DNA of 64,000 nt from Thermodesulfovibrionia bacterium (GCA_947259735.1 CAMYNN010000006.1:4998-68997), one strand, 5' to 3'; shown: positions 8,089-17,996, counted from the stretch's first letter. Numbers and translations are program-made. The notes: generated from the letters alone by a model not told the origin.

Positions 8089-9705
8089 CTAAGCGCCCAC
8101 TATGTTTGCTTTCTTTTTCAGCAGTGCCGCCCGTTCACGGCGGAGTTGTTTTTTATTGACAGACTTAGTCCGGGACCTGGGTTTATTTACACGCGGCGTG
8201 TCGGACTCATTTTCACTTCTCCAGCCAACACGGTCGAGGAAGTCCTGATAGGTTCCTTCAAATAAAGTTACTTTTCCGTCATCAAAGACTATCAGACGCG
8301 TGGCCAGCGCGTGAAGCATCATTTCACTGTGAGTTACGATAATTACTGAGCCGTTGAAAGCATCTATGGCCTCAACCAGGGAATCATTGGATTCCATGTC
8401 AAGATGGTTTGTCGGCTCATCGAGCATGAGCATGTTGGAGGGGCTGACAAGCAGCTTGCCGAGCAGCACACGGCTCTTTTCCCCTCCGGAAAGCACACTG
8501 ATTTTTTTTAATGCATTATCCCCGGGAAACATCATAGTTCCGCATATTTTGCGGGTCTCACCGCGGCTGCCTTCAGGATGCACATCCATAATCTCTTCCT
8601 CAATGGTCTTGTGCAGGCTGAGGCGGTTTATGTTTGTCTGGCCAAAATAGGCCATCCGGAGCTGATTGTGATGATTGACGGTGCCGGTATTCTTTTTCAG
8701 TTCGTGTGCAAGCAGATTCAGCAGTGTCGTCTTTCCCTTGCCGTTTTTTCCGATAATGGCTATACGGTCCTTCTTTCCGACTGAAAAGGTCAATCCATCA
8801 ATCAAGGGAGGACTATCATTATCAAAAGAAAAAGACAGGTCATGAACTTCCATGAGCTGCTTCCCTGTAAAAGGCGCTGATTTGAACGCGAAATCAAGGT
8901 TCCTTATCTCTGTTAATTTTTCAAGGCGATCTTTTTTCTGCAAAGCCTTTACCCTCGACTGGACGGCTTTTGCCTTGGTTGCCTTTGCCCTGAACCTGTT
9001 TATAAATTCCTCTGTCTCTTTACGCTTTTTATCGTCGTTAACCCTGGTTTTTTCATGTATTTCTTCCTCCAGCAGCAATTGTTGATATACCTTCTCCGTC
9101 GGGCCGGCTTCTTTCCGCATATTACACCGGTGTATGGCCATAGTATGTGTTGTCACACTGTCCATAAAATCACGGTCGTGGGTGATAATGATGAGTTCTT
9201 TCTTCCAGCTGCATAAAAACTGAGTAAGCCAGCGGAGAGAGAGAATATCAAGATAGTTGGTGGGCTCATCAAGCAGGAGAAGATTAGGGTCGGAAACAAG
9301 CACCTTTGCAAGATTTAACCGGACCTGATATCCTCCTGATAAATCCAATGGATCGAGACTGAATTCTTCCATGGCAAACCCGAGCCCCATAAGGATAATT
9401 TCCGCTTTATATGTCTCATCAATGCCGTCCTCTGCGTCCTGTAGACTCAGGCATGCCTCCTTCAACACAGTGTTCCGGGAAAAGCTGATATGCTGTGACA
9501 AATGACCTATCTTATAGCCCTTTGGAATGCTGATGGCTCCTGAATCAGGGTGGTCCTGCCCCAGTATCATTTTAAAGAGAGTTGTTTTGCCGTGCCCGTT
9601 TCTGCCCACAAGGCCGACACGTTCCCCCGGATTAAGGATAAATCCTGCCTTCTCAAAAATGACCTGCCGGCCATAACATTTATCTAGGTTGTTTCCCTGA
9701 ATCAT
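8089..9705 (-). CDS. ABC-F family ATPase (two ABC domains, no transmembrane domain)
   Basis: 538 aa with two Walker A motifs (GRNGHGKTT, GKNGKGKTT), two LSGG signatures and a charged linker. Confidence 0.9.
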   Translation of the reverse strand: MIQGNNLDKCYGRQVIFEKAGFILNPGERVGLVGRNGHGKTTLFKMILGQDHPDSGAISIPKGYKIGHLSQHISFSRNTVLKEACLSLQDAEDGIDETYKAEIILMGLGFAMEEFSLDPLDLSGGYQVRLNLAKVLVSDPNLLLLDEPTNYLDILSLRWLTQFLCSWKKELIIITHDRDFMDSVTTHTMAIHRCNMRKEAGPTEKVYQQLLLEEEIHEKTRVNDDKKRKETEEFINRFRAKATKAKAVQSRVKALQKKDRLEKLTEIRNLDFAFKSAPFTGKQLMEVHDLSFSFDNDSPPLIDGLTFSVGKKDRIAIIGKNGKGKTTLLNLLAHELKKNTGTVNHHNQLRMAYFGQTNINRLSLHKTIEEEIMDVHPEGSRGETRKICGTMMFPGDNALKKISVLSGGEKSRVLLGKLLVSPSNMLMLDEPTNHLDMESNDSLVEAIDAFNGSVIIVTHSEMMLHALATRLIVFDDGKVTLFEGTYQDFLDRVGWRSENESDTPRVNKPRSRTKSVNKKQLRRERAALLKKKANIVGA

Positions 9706-9706
9706 A

Positions 9707-9922
9707 TTATGAACCGGAAGATTCCTTATCGGGCACGTCGATGTCCAGGTTTGGTTTGGAGGTGATTTTTTTCAATCTTCCTGCCTTTTTTGACGTACCC
9801 CTATTCCCACCTTTGTTTGACGCACTCTTATTCCTTGCATGGATATCTGTCAATAACTCTGTGGAGCTCTCAAAAAACTGCTCAATTTTTTTGTCCAGTA
9901 AATGCGATTTCTTCTCTGACAT
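9707..9922 (-). CDS. Small basic hypothetical protein (71 aa), abuts the ABC-F start
   Basis: The ORF ends 1 nt before the ABC-F ATG. No family recognised. Confidence 0.35.
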   Translation of the reverse strand: MSEKKSHLLDKKIEQFFESSTELLTDIHARNKSASNKGGNRGTSKKAGRLKKITSKPNLDIDVPDKESSGS

Positions 9923-10092
9923 TCTACTCCCTCACCTCTTTCTTTCAGAAAAACCCGTTATCATGTTGCGCTTTAGTAAATTAATAATCCGGACATCTGC
10001 GGTTTATTTCAAGCAGGTGAATATAATACACGGATTTGATAAAAAAAGAAAATGCAGGGCTGAAATTCAGGAAAGAATCTTTCTATCTATCG

Positions 10093-10602
10093 TCATATGA
10101 AGGTACTCACTTTTAGCGACTCCCGCCCCTCATCTTTTCTCAACGCAGCCCTTGAAGCCCTATCCACAAGCGTAAAAAGCCTGTCCATATCATCTTTCTG
10201 ATTCAATCCCTGATGTCCACGTACTTTGATGAATTTACAATTCAACTGATCGGTCACTCTGTAAAATTCCTGATACAGCTTATAATTATTAATGCGCCTG
10301 TTTTTCTTTGAGCGATAATTATTTTGCTCGAGCTGCACGCGTCTTCCCTGTAACCCCATGATATTTTGAGAATCCGTATACAAAATCACTCTCCTCCCTA
10401 TTGCCTGTATATCCTGGAACGCCCATAATAAAGTCTGTAATTCCAGTTTCGTTGAAGACGTATGCTCAAATCGCTTCACTTTCACGCGGGCCCTTAACGA
10501 ATCCAGTGAAAGTTTACCTTCAGTCACTGCGAGGTAAGCCCCGTATCCGATATTAGAATGAGCATTTACACTTCCATCTGTGAGCAGCACTATTTCATTC
10601 AT
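10093..10602 (-). CDS. RNase H type-1 family protein
   Basis: 169 aa with a DEDD(H)-like pattern: LLTDGS, TKLELQ, LYTDSQ, VRGHQG, LVDRAS. Confidence 0.75.
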   Translation of the reverse strand: MNEIVLLTDGSVNAHSNIGYGAYLAVTEGKLSLDSLRARVKVKRFEHTSSTKLELQTLLWAFQDIQAIGRRVILYTDSQNIMGLQGRRVQLEQNNYRSKKNRRINNYKLYQEFYRVTDQLNCKFIKVRGHQGLNQKDDMDRLFTLVDRASRAALRKDEGRESLKVSTFI

Positions 10603-10814
10603 AAATAGATGCCTTTCTTTCTATGTAACGTCAAACTTAAATTGTGCCGTTTTAACAATTATGAAACCCTCAAGACTTTCGCCGGTATGTCGTTATTTTT
10701 CCAAAGGTGTGAAAAATCGTTACTTCTCATAATGCTGCGGTATTAAATCTTTTATCCTGAAAGACGTGCATCTGCACGGCCTAATAATCTTTGGGCCGAG
10801 TAAAGCATAGTTTG

Positions 10815-11795
10815 TCAATTGCAAAGATTTGACCCTACGGATTTATTCCTCTTCTTCCTCCATGCTGGAGTTTTGCTGATTTCCTCCATGATTTTCCTGT
10901 AAGAAAGAAGTCTGGATTCAATGATATCAGCTGTTTGAGGGTCAGTACCCCCGCCATAAAAGGCGCACCCTTTACTTGATGATTCATGGCGGCAATTGCT
11001 GAACTGGCAGGTAAGAGATATTGGGAGAAGGTCTGGAAAGAAATGAATGAGCTCTTCCGGAAAAATATCATCCAGAGAAAATGACCGGATGCCTGGAGAA
11101 TCTATAATCCTGAATGTTCCACAATCAATCATATCTGCCCAGGTCGTGGAGTGGGTTCCTTTGCCGCTTTTTCCGATCTCGCTGCTTCTTAATATTACCT
11201 CCCTGTTGCTGAGGGAGGTGATCAACGTGCTCTTTCCTATACCCGATTGGCCAAGAATTATTGCCTGAGTGTTAACAAGTTTATTCTGGAGGTCCTTAAA
11301 AGACCCTCTTCCAAATCTGGATGGATTTTCCGGATGTATTGCAGAAACTTCGAAACATTCGATTCCGAGATTTTCAAATCTTCGCATCTCAAAATCAATA
11401 TCAAATTCATTTTGAAATTCATCCATCTTGTTAAAAACAACTATCGCGGGCACATCCCACTGAAAAGTTCTCGTGGTGAATCTGTCAATAACACCCTGCT
11501 TGTAAAGTGGTTTTGAAACACTCGTGGTAATAATTACGAGGTCACAATTTGCAGCTGTTATTCTCTTTTTCCTCTCACGAATAATCATTCGGAATATTTC
11601 ATTCCTTCGGTCAATGAGGTCTACAATTTGATATTCGTCGCCGCTTTTTTCTAAGAGAACTTTGTCGCCCGGCACGAGCTGATTGCTTTTTAAAACAGTC
11701 CTTTTCGCACAAGCTGAAACAGTTTTATTTTCGCTGTCAATTTTGCAAAGAAATTCTTTTTTATGCGCTTCGTAAATACAGGCCGGGATTTTCAC
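10815..11795 (-). CDS. rsgA: Ribosome small-subunit-dependent GTPase A
   Basis: Circularly permuted GTPase motifs in the order NKMD, GQSGIGKST, DSPG, followed by a C-terminal zinc motif CQFSNCRHESSSKGCA. Confidence 0.9.
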   Translation of the reverse strand: MKIPACIYEAHKKEFLCKIDSENKTVSACAKRTVLKSNQLVPGDKVLLEKSGDEYQIVDLIDRRNEIFRMIIRERKKRITAANCDLVIITTSVSKPLYKQGVIDRFTTRTFQWDVPAIVVFNKMDEFQNEFDIDFEMRRFENLGIECFEVSAIHPENPSRFGRGSFKDLQNKLVNTQAIILGQSGIGKSTLITSLSNREVILRSSEIGKSGKGTHSTTWADMIDCGTFRIIDSPGIRSFSLDDIFPEELIHFFPDLLPISLTCQFSNCRHESSSKGCAFYGGGTDPQTADIIESRLLSYRKIMEEISKTPAWRKKRNKSVGSNLCN

Positions 11796-11805
11796 TGATC
11801 GACAC

Positions 11806-12540
11806 TCACGTTTTCGTCTCTGAGGATTTCTGGACCCATTCGTAGAACTTTGTCTTCAGAAGCGGCTTGTCCATCCAGGACTGGTCAGGTTCCGGATCCT
11901 GGATGACTTCTTCGACGGATTTGAGTCGTGGCATAGGCTTTGAACTTATGTGTCCTTTGCCCGTCACCCATCGAACTTCCCGGGCCTCCTGTATGCCGCA
12001 GACGATGAGGTTGGTCATCTGACAATCACCGAGGCAGTAGTCCATTACCTCCTGATGATTTCCTGCATGCCATTGCTTTGGTGCATCGGCACCGTCCATG
12101 AGTTTCTCCTGCGGGATGCCCATTCCTTCTGCAACTTTTCCCAGACCGACGGGGAAACCGGCCTGGTTGAAGAACTGGAACATGGGGTCGTAGCTCTTCA
12201 GGGCGATACGTGCGGCGAGGGCCGCGTCGTCAGCTTGACGGCCGATCCATTTCAGGTCGAAGCCCAGGCCATTCCACGCGCACACCATGAATCCTTTTTG
12301 CTGCATATCATCAAGATACTCAAGTAATTCATGAGCACGTTCCTGCGTCAGATTCAACGCGGGACGACCCTCTTCATCGACGGAATACCACATCCGCTCC
12401 TCACCGTTATGTATTGCCGTCGCCCCCACCGAAATATGAAACGGCGCATACTTCTCTATGTCTTCGTGCTTCGCGAGCTCGAAGACATCCGAGATCTCTA
12501 TGTCAAAGCTCAGTAACCTCATGTCCTGTCCTGGTCTCAT
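11806..12540 (-). CDS. RNase H-fold 3'-5' exonuclease-like protein (DEDD type)
   Basis: 244 aa with FDIE, WNGLGFD and DYCLGDC motifs resembling Exo I-III of PolB-type exonuclease domains. Confidence 0.6.
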   Translation of the reverse strand: MRPGQDMRLLSFDIEISDVFELAKHEDIEKYAPFHISVGATAIHNGEERMWYSVDEEGRPALNLTQERAHELLEYLDDMQQKGFMVCAWNGLGFDLKWIGRQADDAALAARIALKSYDPMFQFFNQAGFPVGLGKVAEGMGIPQEKLMDGADAPKQWHAGNHQEVMDYCLGDCQMTNLIVCGIQEAREVRWVTGKGHISSKPMPRLKSVEEVIQDPEPDQSWMDKPLLKTKFYEWVQKSSETKT

Positions 12541-12625
12541 AACTTATAGCAAGTTAAACTATAGTGTCTCTCTCTATCTCACGAAATATACATTATATAT
12601 AAAATATTTTACAAGATGAGTGGTC

Positions 12626-12669
12626 TCAGGTCTACATTCTTCAGAAATTACTGTAAAATGTAGATCTGA
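12626..12669. promoter_or_regulatory. 13-bp inverted repeat TCAGGTCTACATT-N18-AATGTAGATCTGA (candidate operator or 5' hairpin)
   Basis: The arms are at 12626-12638 and 12657-12669 with one G:T position. The left arm overlaps a possible TTACAA-N18-TACATT promoter. The repeat ends 24 nt upstream of the ATG at 12693. Confidence 0.5.
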
Positions 12670-12692
12670 CGCTGCCGATAGGCCTGAAATAG

Positions 12693-13349
12693 ATGAAAAC
12701 CAAATGCGATGAGTCCCATTGTCCCTTGTGCGGGAGTGAAGATTCAGATTTGTTCTTCAAGGATAAAAAAAGAATCTACGTGCGCTGTTTTAAATGTAAA
12801 CTGGTCTTTGTCCCCAGGCGCTACTGGCTGAACGCCGAAGATGAAAGGGCAACCTATGATTTACATGAAAACGATGCACAGGATCAGGGCTATTGCCAAT
12901 TTCTGTCTCGATTAACTACGCCGTTATTGGAAAAAATGGATTCAAAACAAAAGGGATTGGATTTTGGCTGCGGCCCGGGGCCGGCCCTGTCGGTCCTCTT
13001 AGAAGAACGGTGTCATCAGGTTGATCTCTATGACCCATTCTATTACAATGATCCTTTGGTGTTTAATAAAAATTATGATTTCATATGTGCCACTGAAGTA
13101 GTGGAACATCTGCACAATCCAAACAAGGAATTTGCAGCATTGTTCAAGATGTTAAAACGAGGCGGTTGGCTGGGTATTATGACGAAGATGGTGATTGATA
13201 AGCCCGCTTTCAGCCGATGGCGCTATATTCGTGATATGACGCATATTTGTTTTTATAGCAGGAGTACCTTTGAGTACCTCGCACAGCGCTTCAATGCCGA
13301 ACTCGACTTCGTTGCAAATGATGTGATATTGCTGAATAAGAAATACTAA
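12693..13349 (+). CDS. Class I SAM-dependent methyltransferase with N-terminal zinc ribbon
   Basis: CPLCG..CFKC at the N-terminus and the SAM motif LDFGCGPGP. Confidence 0.8.
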   Translation: MKTKCDESHCPLCGSEDSDLFFKDKKRIYVRCFKCKLVFVPRRYWLNAEDERATYDLHENDAQDQGYCQFLSRLTTPLLEKMDSKQKGLDFGCGPGPALSVLLEERCHQVDLYDPFYYNDPLVFNKNYDFICATEVVEHLHNPNKEFAALFKMLKRGGWLGIMTKMVIDKPAFSRWRYIRDMTHICFYSRSTFEYLAQRFNAELDFVANDVILLNKKY

Positions 13350-13365
13350 GGACCAGGCAGAACTC

Positions 13366-13614
13366 ATGAGCGAACAACAACCCAATAACCCTCTGCACGG
13401 TGTGACCCTGGCGCAGATCATGAACAGCATGGTTGAGCACTATGGCTGGGACGAGTTGGGCAGGCGCATCAATATCCGGTGCTTCAACAGTGACCCCTCG
13501 GTGAAGTCCAGCCTCAAGTTCCTGCGAAAGACTCCCTGGGCAAGGAAGAAAGTCGAGGACTTGTACATCGCCACCCAAAGGGTCAGGCACCGACAAATGA
13601 CAAATGAAAAATAA
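13366..13614 (+). CDS. DUF2132 (VF530-like) small protein
   Basis: [53 protein letters not shown] resembles the DUF2132 family. Confidence 0.7.
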   Translation: MSEQQPNNPLHGVTLAQIMNSMVEHYGWDELGRRINIRCFNSDPSVKSSLKFLRKTPWARKKVEDLYIATQRVRHRQMTNEK

Positions 13615-13633
13615 ACATAACAAATGGGCGGTA

Positions 13634-13646
13634 TCAGATCTACATT
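13634..13646 (+). repeat. Third copy of the TCAGATCTACATT motif
   Basis: It is an exact match to the reverse complement of 12657-12669. The extended match tcagRtctacattcttcWgaaa is shared with 12626-12648. Confidence 0.6.
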
Positions 13647-13826
13647 CTTCTGAAAGTATGTTCTGCGGGATTTCTGAGTAAAAAATGGACCGGGTTTTGG
13701 AGCAGGGCCCCATTTCCAATTCTATATCGTGTAAACATGTTACACTATTTGTCAATGCCCGTTCTTTTACACAGGACGGCTGAGAAGGAGACCGGCGAAG
13801 ACTGCCAGAAAAAAGGAGGACACACC

Positions 13827-14372
13827 ATAGCTAATAAAAGACGAGTATCACCCAGGAGGGTCATCGACAGGACCCGCATCAACAACGCAATCCGGCTGAT
13901 CAAAGCAAAAGAGATCCGCGTTGTTGACGAGGAAGGACAGATCGGCGTAATAGATATTGAATCGGCATTGAAGATCGCCAGAGAAAGGGAGCTGGATCTC
14001 GTGGAAATCAGCCCCCAGGCTGATCCGCCGGTATGTAAGATCATGGACTACCGGAAGTTCAAGTTCGAGCAGGCCAAGAAAGCGCGGAAGGCCAAGAAAC
14101 AACAGGCGACGGTCACACTAAAGGAAATCAGGATGCGACCTTCAATAGATACCCATGATTACGAGTTCAAGAAGCTTAATGCGAGGAAGTTCCTCGGTCA
14201 TGGCGATAAGGTGAAAGTGACCATGCGCTTTAGAGGTCGGGAATTCAGCCATAAGGAACTGGGGGCAGATGTTCTGAACAAGATGGCCTTAGAACTGGCA
14301 GATATCTCAAAAATAGAAACAAGGCCAAAAATGGACGGCCGGCAGATGATAATGATTCTCATCGCGTTATAA
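13827..14372 (+). CDS. infC: Translation initiation factor IF-3, probable ATA start
   Basis: RINNAIRLIKAKEIRVVDEEGQ..DLVEISPQADPPVCKIMDY..RFRGREFSH..GRQMIMIL matches IF-3. GGAGG lies 6 nt upstream of an in-frame ATA at 13827, giving a normal 181-aa length. The track ORF (13737) starts further upstream. Confidence 0.85.
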   Translation: MANKRRVSPRRVIDRTRINNAIRLIKAKEIRVVDEEGQIGVIDIESALKIARERELDLVEISPQADPPVCKIMDYRKFKFEQAKKARKAKKQQATVTLKEIRMRPSIDTHDYEFKKLNARKFLGHGDKVKVTMRFRGREFSHKELGADVLNKMALELADISKIETRPKMDGRQMIMILIAL

Positions 14373-14496
14373 CGTTCCGTCGCGGAATTCATATATAACT
14401 GCTGATTATGAATTACGAGAACGGATTGTTCTCTTTGAAGTCCCGGATCTCAAAAGCTGTTTTGACAATACAACACTCTTTTATCGTCCAAAGGGA

Positions 14497-14981
14497 TTGA
14501 TCTGTTGTAATGCCCCTCGAAGCAAGCGCAAAACTTCTCCCCTTCTCTCATTGTCTATTATTCGCGGAGTGCATACAATACTGGAGGGCGAGAATTTTAA
14601 ATTTGATGGTAAAACTGTTGAAGTCATAGAAGTTATGAGCTTCTACTGCCACACCTGCTACGACTTTGAGAAAGCCATTCCTGTAATTAAAGGGAATTTC
14701 CCCAAGAAGATCAAGTGGAAGACACTTCCTGTTTCTGGAGTGACCACGGCTCATCGAAACCCGGAGAAGAGTACTTTCCCGGGGAGGAAGGAGGAAAAGG
14801 CGAAGCAATGAAGAAGGGACTCTTCAGGGCACAAATGGTAGAGAAGAGAGACATTGGTGATGCAAATGTACTTGATGAGATAGCAGACAAGATAGGGCAT
14901 GGCGGTGATTTCAGTAAAAAACTCAGGGGGAGAGCGAAAGCTGAAGAGGCACAGATTATTCAACCGAAGGCGTATCAGTGA
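14497..14981 (+). pseudogene. DsbA-like thiol:disulfide oxidoreductase, frameshifted and truncated
   Basis: The first frame has VEVIEVMSFYCHTCYDFEKAIP (CxxC thioredoxin-fold motif). The sequence continues in another frame (FWSDHG..GKGEAMKKGLFRAQM..VLDEIADKIG..) after the T-run at about 14731-14734. There is no signal peptide and the C-terminal part is missing. Confidence 0.6.
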
Positions 14982-15006
14982 TGCTGAGATCGCCTTCGGT
15001 TTTTTT
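14964..15006 (+). terminator. Rho-independent terminator candidate
   Basis: ccgaaggcg (14964-14972) pairs with cgccttcgg (14991-14999) and is followed by a T7 run. Confidence 0.6.
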
Positions 15007-15069
15007 GTCAAACAATTAGATCAGAATCTTACATCATTTGACCGTTTCATAGAGTGGTATAATAGATAC

Positions 15070-15603
15070 ATGAAGAGAAATAAACTTTACATTCTATTCG
15101 TGTTTCTGATTATCAACGTGAGTGCCTGCTCCATGTTCAGTCCGAATCTGAAAAGAGAAGTTCTGAAAGATGACATGATACGTCCGGGCAACTACACGCT
15201 TATCCTCTACGGCGCCAGGTATGGTGAAGATCTGGAGACTATTGCCTTCCTTGATTATGAAGGGGATGATGTTGTGTTTGAGCCTTTTGCCCGTGCCGAT
15301 GATTACGAGATTAAATATCATGTAGGAGATGGGGAAGCATTAACGGAAGCCACGAAATTTATTAGCTGGTACCCCTCGTTTGTGAGTTCTCAGCTGAGCA
15401 GGATCACTGATCCTCAGGGCAGGGTGCTCGGTTATGAATTAAGGCCCCGTTATCTGCGCATTTTAACCTACGGGCATTCTGATGTGCTTCGTGTCCGCTA
15501 CTCATTGAAGGATAAAAAGGTGATCATTTATGTCAGCTTGAAGGAAGAAGTGGAAAGGGCGATCGATGGGAACGGGGCAGATGAGAGTGAATTCGAAAAA
15601 TAA
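15070..15603 (+). CDS. Putative lipoprotein, hypothetical
   Basis: Internal ATG gives MKRNKLYILFVFLIINVSAC, a signal peptide with a lipobox. The upstream part of the track ORF (14899) overlaps the terminator. Confidence 0.6.
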   Translation: MKRNKLYILFVFLIINVSACSMFSPNLKREVLKDDMIRPGNYTLILYGARYGEDLETIAFLDYEGDDVVFEPFARADDYEIKYHVGDGEALTEATKFISWYPSFVSSQLSRITDPQGRVLGYELRPRYLRILTYGHSDVLRVRYSLKDKKVIIYVSLKEEVERAIDGNGADESEFEK

Positions 15604-15675
15604 CCAATGATTGATTGGATATTTTCTGATTTATGAATGGGGCAGGTAAAAAAGAGATATATGCTGCTCGCAGAC

Positions 15676-17088
15676 TCAGGTTCTGGGAAGAGGTCCTGAG
15701 GGATGCTTTTGTTGTGAATCCTTCCTGCTTGAAAGGTCTGTGATATGTTCGTGGATAGACCGTGCAGCGCGCTTGCCGGCGCCCATTGCACTGATTACCG
15801 TTGCAGCCCCTGTTGATATGTCTCCCCCTGCAAATATCCCCGGTATGTTCGTCCGGCCGCAGTCATCTGTGACTATATATCCGGCGCCCCATAATTTCAG
15901 CCCTTTTACGGAATTTACGAGTATCGGGTTCGACGCCTGCCCGATTGCCATTATTACCTGATCTACATCAAGGATGAATTCTTCTCCTGTACATTCAGGC
16001 TTTCTTCTGCCCGATGTGTCCGGTGCGCACAGCACCATCCTGTCGCACTTCATCCCCCTGACATGCCCTTTCTCGTCGCCGATTATTTCTTTTGGGTTTG
16101 TCAGGAACTTAAACTTAATCCCCTCCTCCCGGGCATGTTCTATTTCTTCAAGTCGTGCGGGCATTTCCGCCTCAGTTCTTCTGTACACGATATATACTTT
16201 TTTTGCGCCAAGCCTCTGGGCTGTCCTTGCCGCATCCATAGCTACATTTCCGCCTCCGATAACAGCTACTTTTTTTGCTTTTTTGACAGGAGTATCATAT
16301 TTAGGGAACTGGTCCGCCTTCATGAGGTTTACCCTGGTGAGAAACTCGGATGCGAAATACACATTGTTAAGGTTTTCTCCCGGTATACTCATGAATTTAG
16401 GGGTGCCGGCCCCGACTCCGACGAACACAGCTCTGAATCCCTCATGAAAGAGTTCATCAACTGTCTGGGTTCTTCCAATTACCCAGTTGAGTCTTATCTC
16501 TACTCCAAGGCTTTTTACAAACTCTATCTCTCTCTGGATTATTTTCTTGGGAAGCCGGAATTCGGGGATGCCGTACACGAGGACCCCTCCCGGCTCGTGA
16601 AGGGCTTCGAATATGGTTGCGACATATCCGAGCCTCGCCAGGTCCGCTGCCGCGGTCAGTCCAGCAGGGCCTGAACCTATTACGGCCACTTTGTGGCCAT
16701 TGGATTTTTCTACTTCGGCCGTTTCGGCAGTGCCTGTTTTGATTTCATAATCTGCCGCGAATCGTTCAAGAGCGCCGATAGCAATCGGCGATCCCTTTCT
16801 GAGAAGAACACAGCTGCCCTGACACTGGTTCTCCTGCGGACACACCCTGCCGCAGATGGCGGGAAGCATGTTGTATTTCCTCAATACTTTCAGCGCTCCC
16901 GGAAAGTCGGAATCTCGCAGGTAGGAGATAAATGCGGGAATATCAATTTCTACGGGACAGCCATGAATACACTTTGGTTTCTTGCATTGCAGACACCGTG
17001 ACGCTTCCTTTAAAGCCTGTTTTTCAGTCAGCCCGAGGGCCACTTCCTTGAAGTCTGCACTTCTTTTTTTCGGATCTCGTGTTCGCAT
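15676..17088 (-). CDS. nfnB: NfnB/GltD-like NADPH-dependent flavin oxidoreductase subunit (2x[4Fe-4S], FAD, NADPH)
   Basis: 470 aa with CLQCKKPKCIHGCP at the N-terminus and two dinucleotide-binding motifs (VIGSGPAG, VIGGGNVAMD). Paired with an NfnA-like gene. Confidence 0.8.
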   Translation of the reverse strand: MRTRDPKKRSADFKEVALGLTEKQALKEASRCLQCKKPKCIHGCPVEIDIPAFISYLRDSDFPGALKVLRKYNMLPAICGRVCPQENQCQGSCVLLRKGSPIAIGALERFAADYEIKTGTAETAEVEKSNGHKVAVIGSGPAGLTAAADLARLGYVATIFEALHEPGGVLVYGIPEFRLPKKIIQREIEFVKSLGVEIRLNWVIGRTQTVDELFHEGFRAVFVGVGAGTPKFMSIPGENLNNVYFASEFLTRVNLMKADQFPKYDTPVKKAKKVAVIGGGNVAMDAARTAQRLGAKKVYIVYRRTEAEMPARLEEIEHAREEGIKFKFLTNPKEIIGDEKGHVRGMKCDRMVLCAPDTSGRRKPECTGEEFILDVDQVIMAIGQASNPILVNSVKGLKLWGAGYIVTDDCGRTNIPGIFAGGDISTGAATVISAMGAGKRAARSIHEHITDLSSRKDSQQKHPSGPLPRT

Positions 17089-17132
17089 TAATTTTATCTG
17101 TAAGGGCAGGCTTAAAGTCTTCCCTTATCGGG

Positions 17133-17996
17133 CTACTTCCTGCAATTTCCTTTACATTCTTTCTTTTTATATGCCTTCATTGCTGCTGCTTCTTCTTCCC
17201 TGTAAAATCCCTGCCTGTTGGCAAGCTCATGAAAGTCCACTTCGTGGCCGTCGAACTCCGGACCTTCTATGCAGGCGAACTTTGTCCTGCCTCCCACGTG
17301 TACCCTGCAGGCCCCGCACATACCCGTACCCTCGACCATTACAGGGTTCAGGCTGACAAGAGTCCTGACCCCGAAGGGTTTAGTAAGATCCGAGACGGCC
17401 TGCATCATTCTGACCGGACCAACGGCTATTACAATTTTAACTTTTGCTGTTTCGAGAACCTCTTTCAGAGGTATGGTTACGATGCCTTTTCTCCCGGAGC
17501 TTCCATCATCGGTGACAAGCAATAGATCATTCGCGTGTTCTCTGAAATTTTTTTCCCAGACGATAAGCTCTTTTGATCTTGCACCCAGGACAACTGTTAC
17601 CCTGTTCCTCTTTCGTTTTAATGCTTTCAGTATGGGGAAAAGCGTTGCTGAGCCTATGCCTCCCCCGACGAGCACGCAGTGCCCGTATCGCTTTATTGGA
17701 GTGGCATGTCCCAGCGGTCCTGCAATATCCCTTATTGCATCACCCTTTTTGAGGGTGCCCATCTGTTCTGTAGTTTTCCCGATCTTCTGGAAGAGGAGTG
17801 TGATCGTTCCCTTTTCACCGTCGGACTCTGCAATGGTCAGAGGTATTCTTTCCCCTCTTTCATTTAAACGGAGGACAACGAAATTTCCCGCTTCAGCATG
17901 CCGGGCGATATAAGGCGCATCAACTATAATTGAGTCTACCTGGGGTGTTACGGTTTCCTTTTGTAATACTTTAAACATAGCGTTATTGAACTGCAT
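17133..17996 (-). CDS. nfnA: NfnA-like ferredoxin-NADP reductase-fold subunit with C-terminal [2Fe-2S]
   Basis: 287 aa with an FNR-like fold (RIPLTIAE, GPLG, VGGGIG) and the cysteine motif GTGMCGACRV...C. Confidence 0.75.
   Translation of the reverse strand: MQFNNAMFKVLQKETVTPQVDSIIVDAPYIARHAEAGNFVVLRLNERGERIPLTIAESDGEKGTITLLFQKIGKTTEQMGTLKKGDAIRDIAGPLGHATPIKRYGHCVLVGGGIGSATLFPILKALKRKRNRVTVVLGARSKELIVWEKNFREHANDLLLVTDDGSSGRKGIVTIPLKEVLETAKVKIVIAVGPVRMMQAVSDLTKPFGVRTLVSLNPVMVEGTGMCGACRVHVGGRTKFACIEGPEFDGHEVDFHELANRQGFYREEEAAAMKAYKKKECKGNCRK

Noticed and set aside
14715-14981. 88-aa ORF as an independent small gene
   Set aside because: It continues the DsbA-like homology from the preceding frame, so it is better explained as the downstream half of a frameshifted pseudogene.
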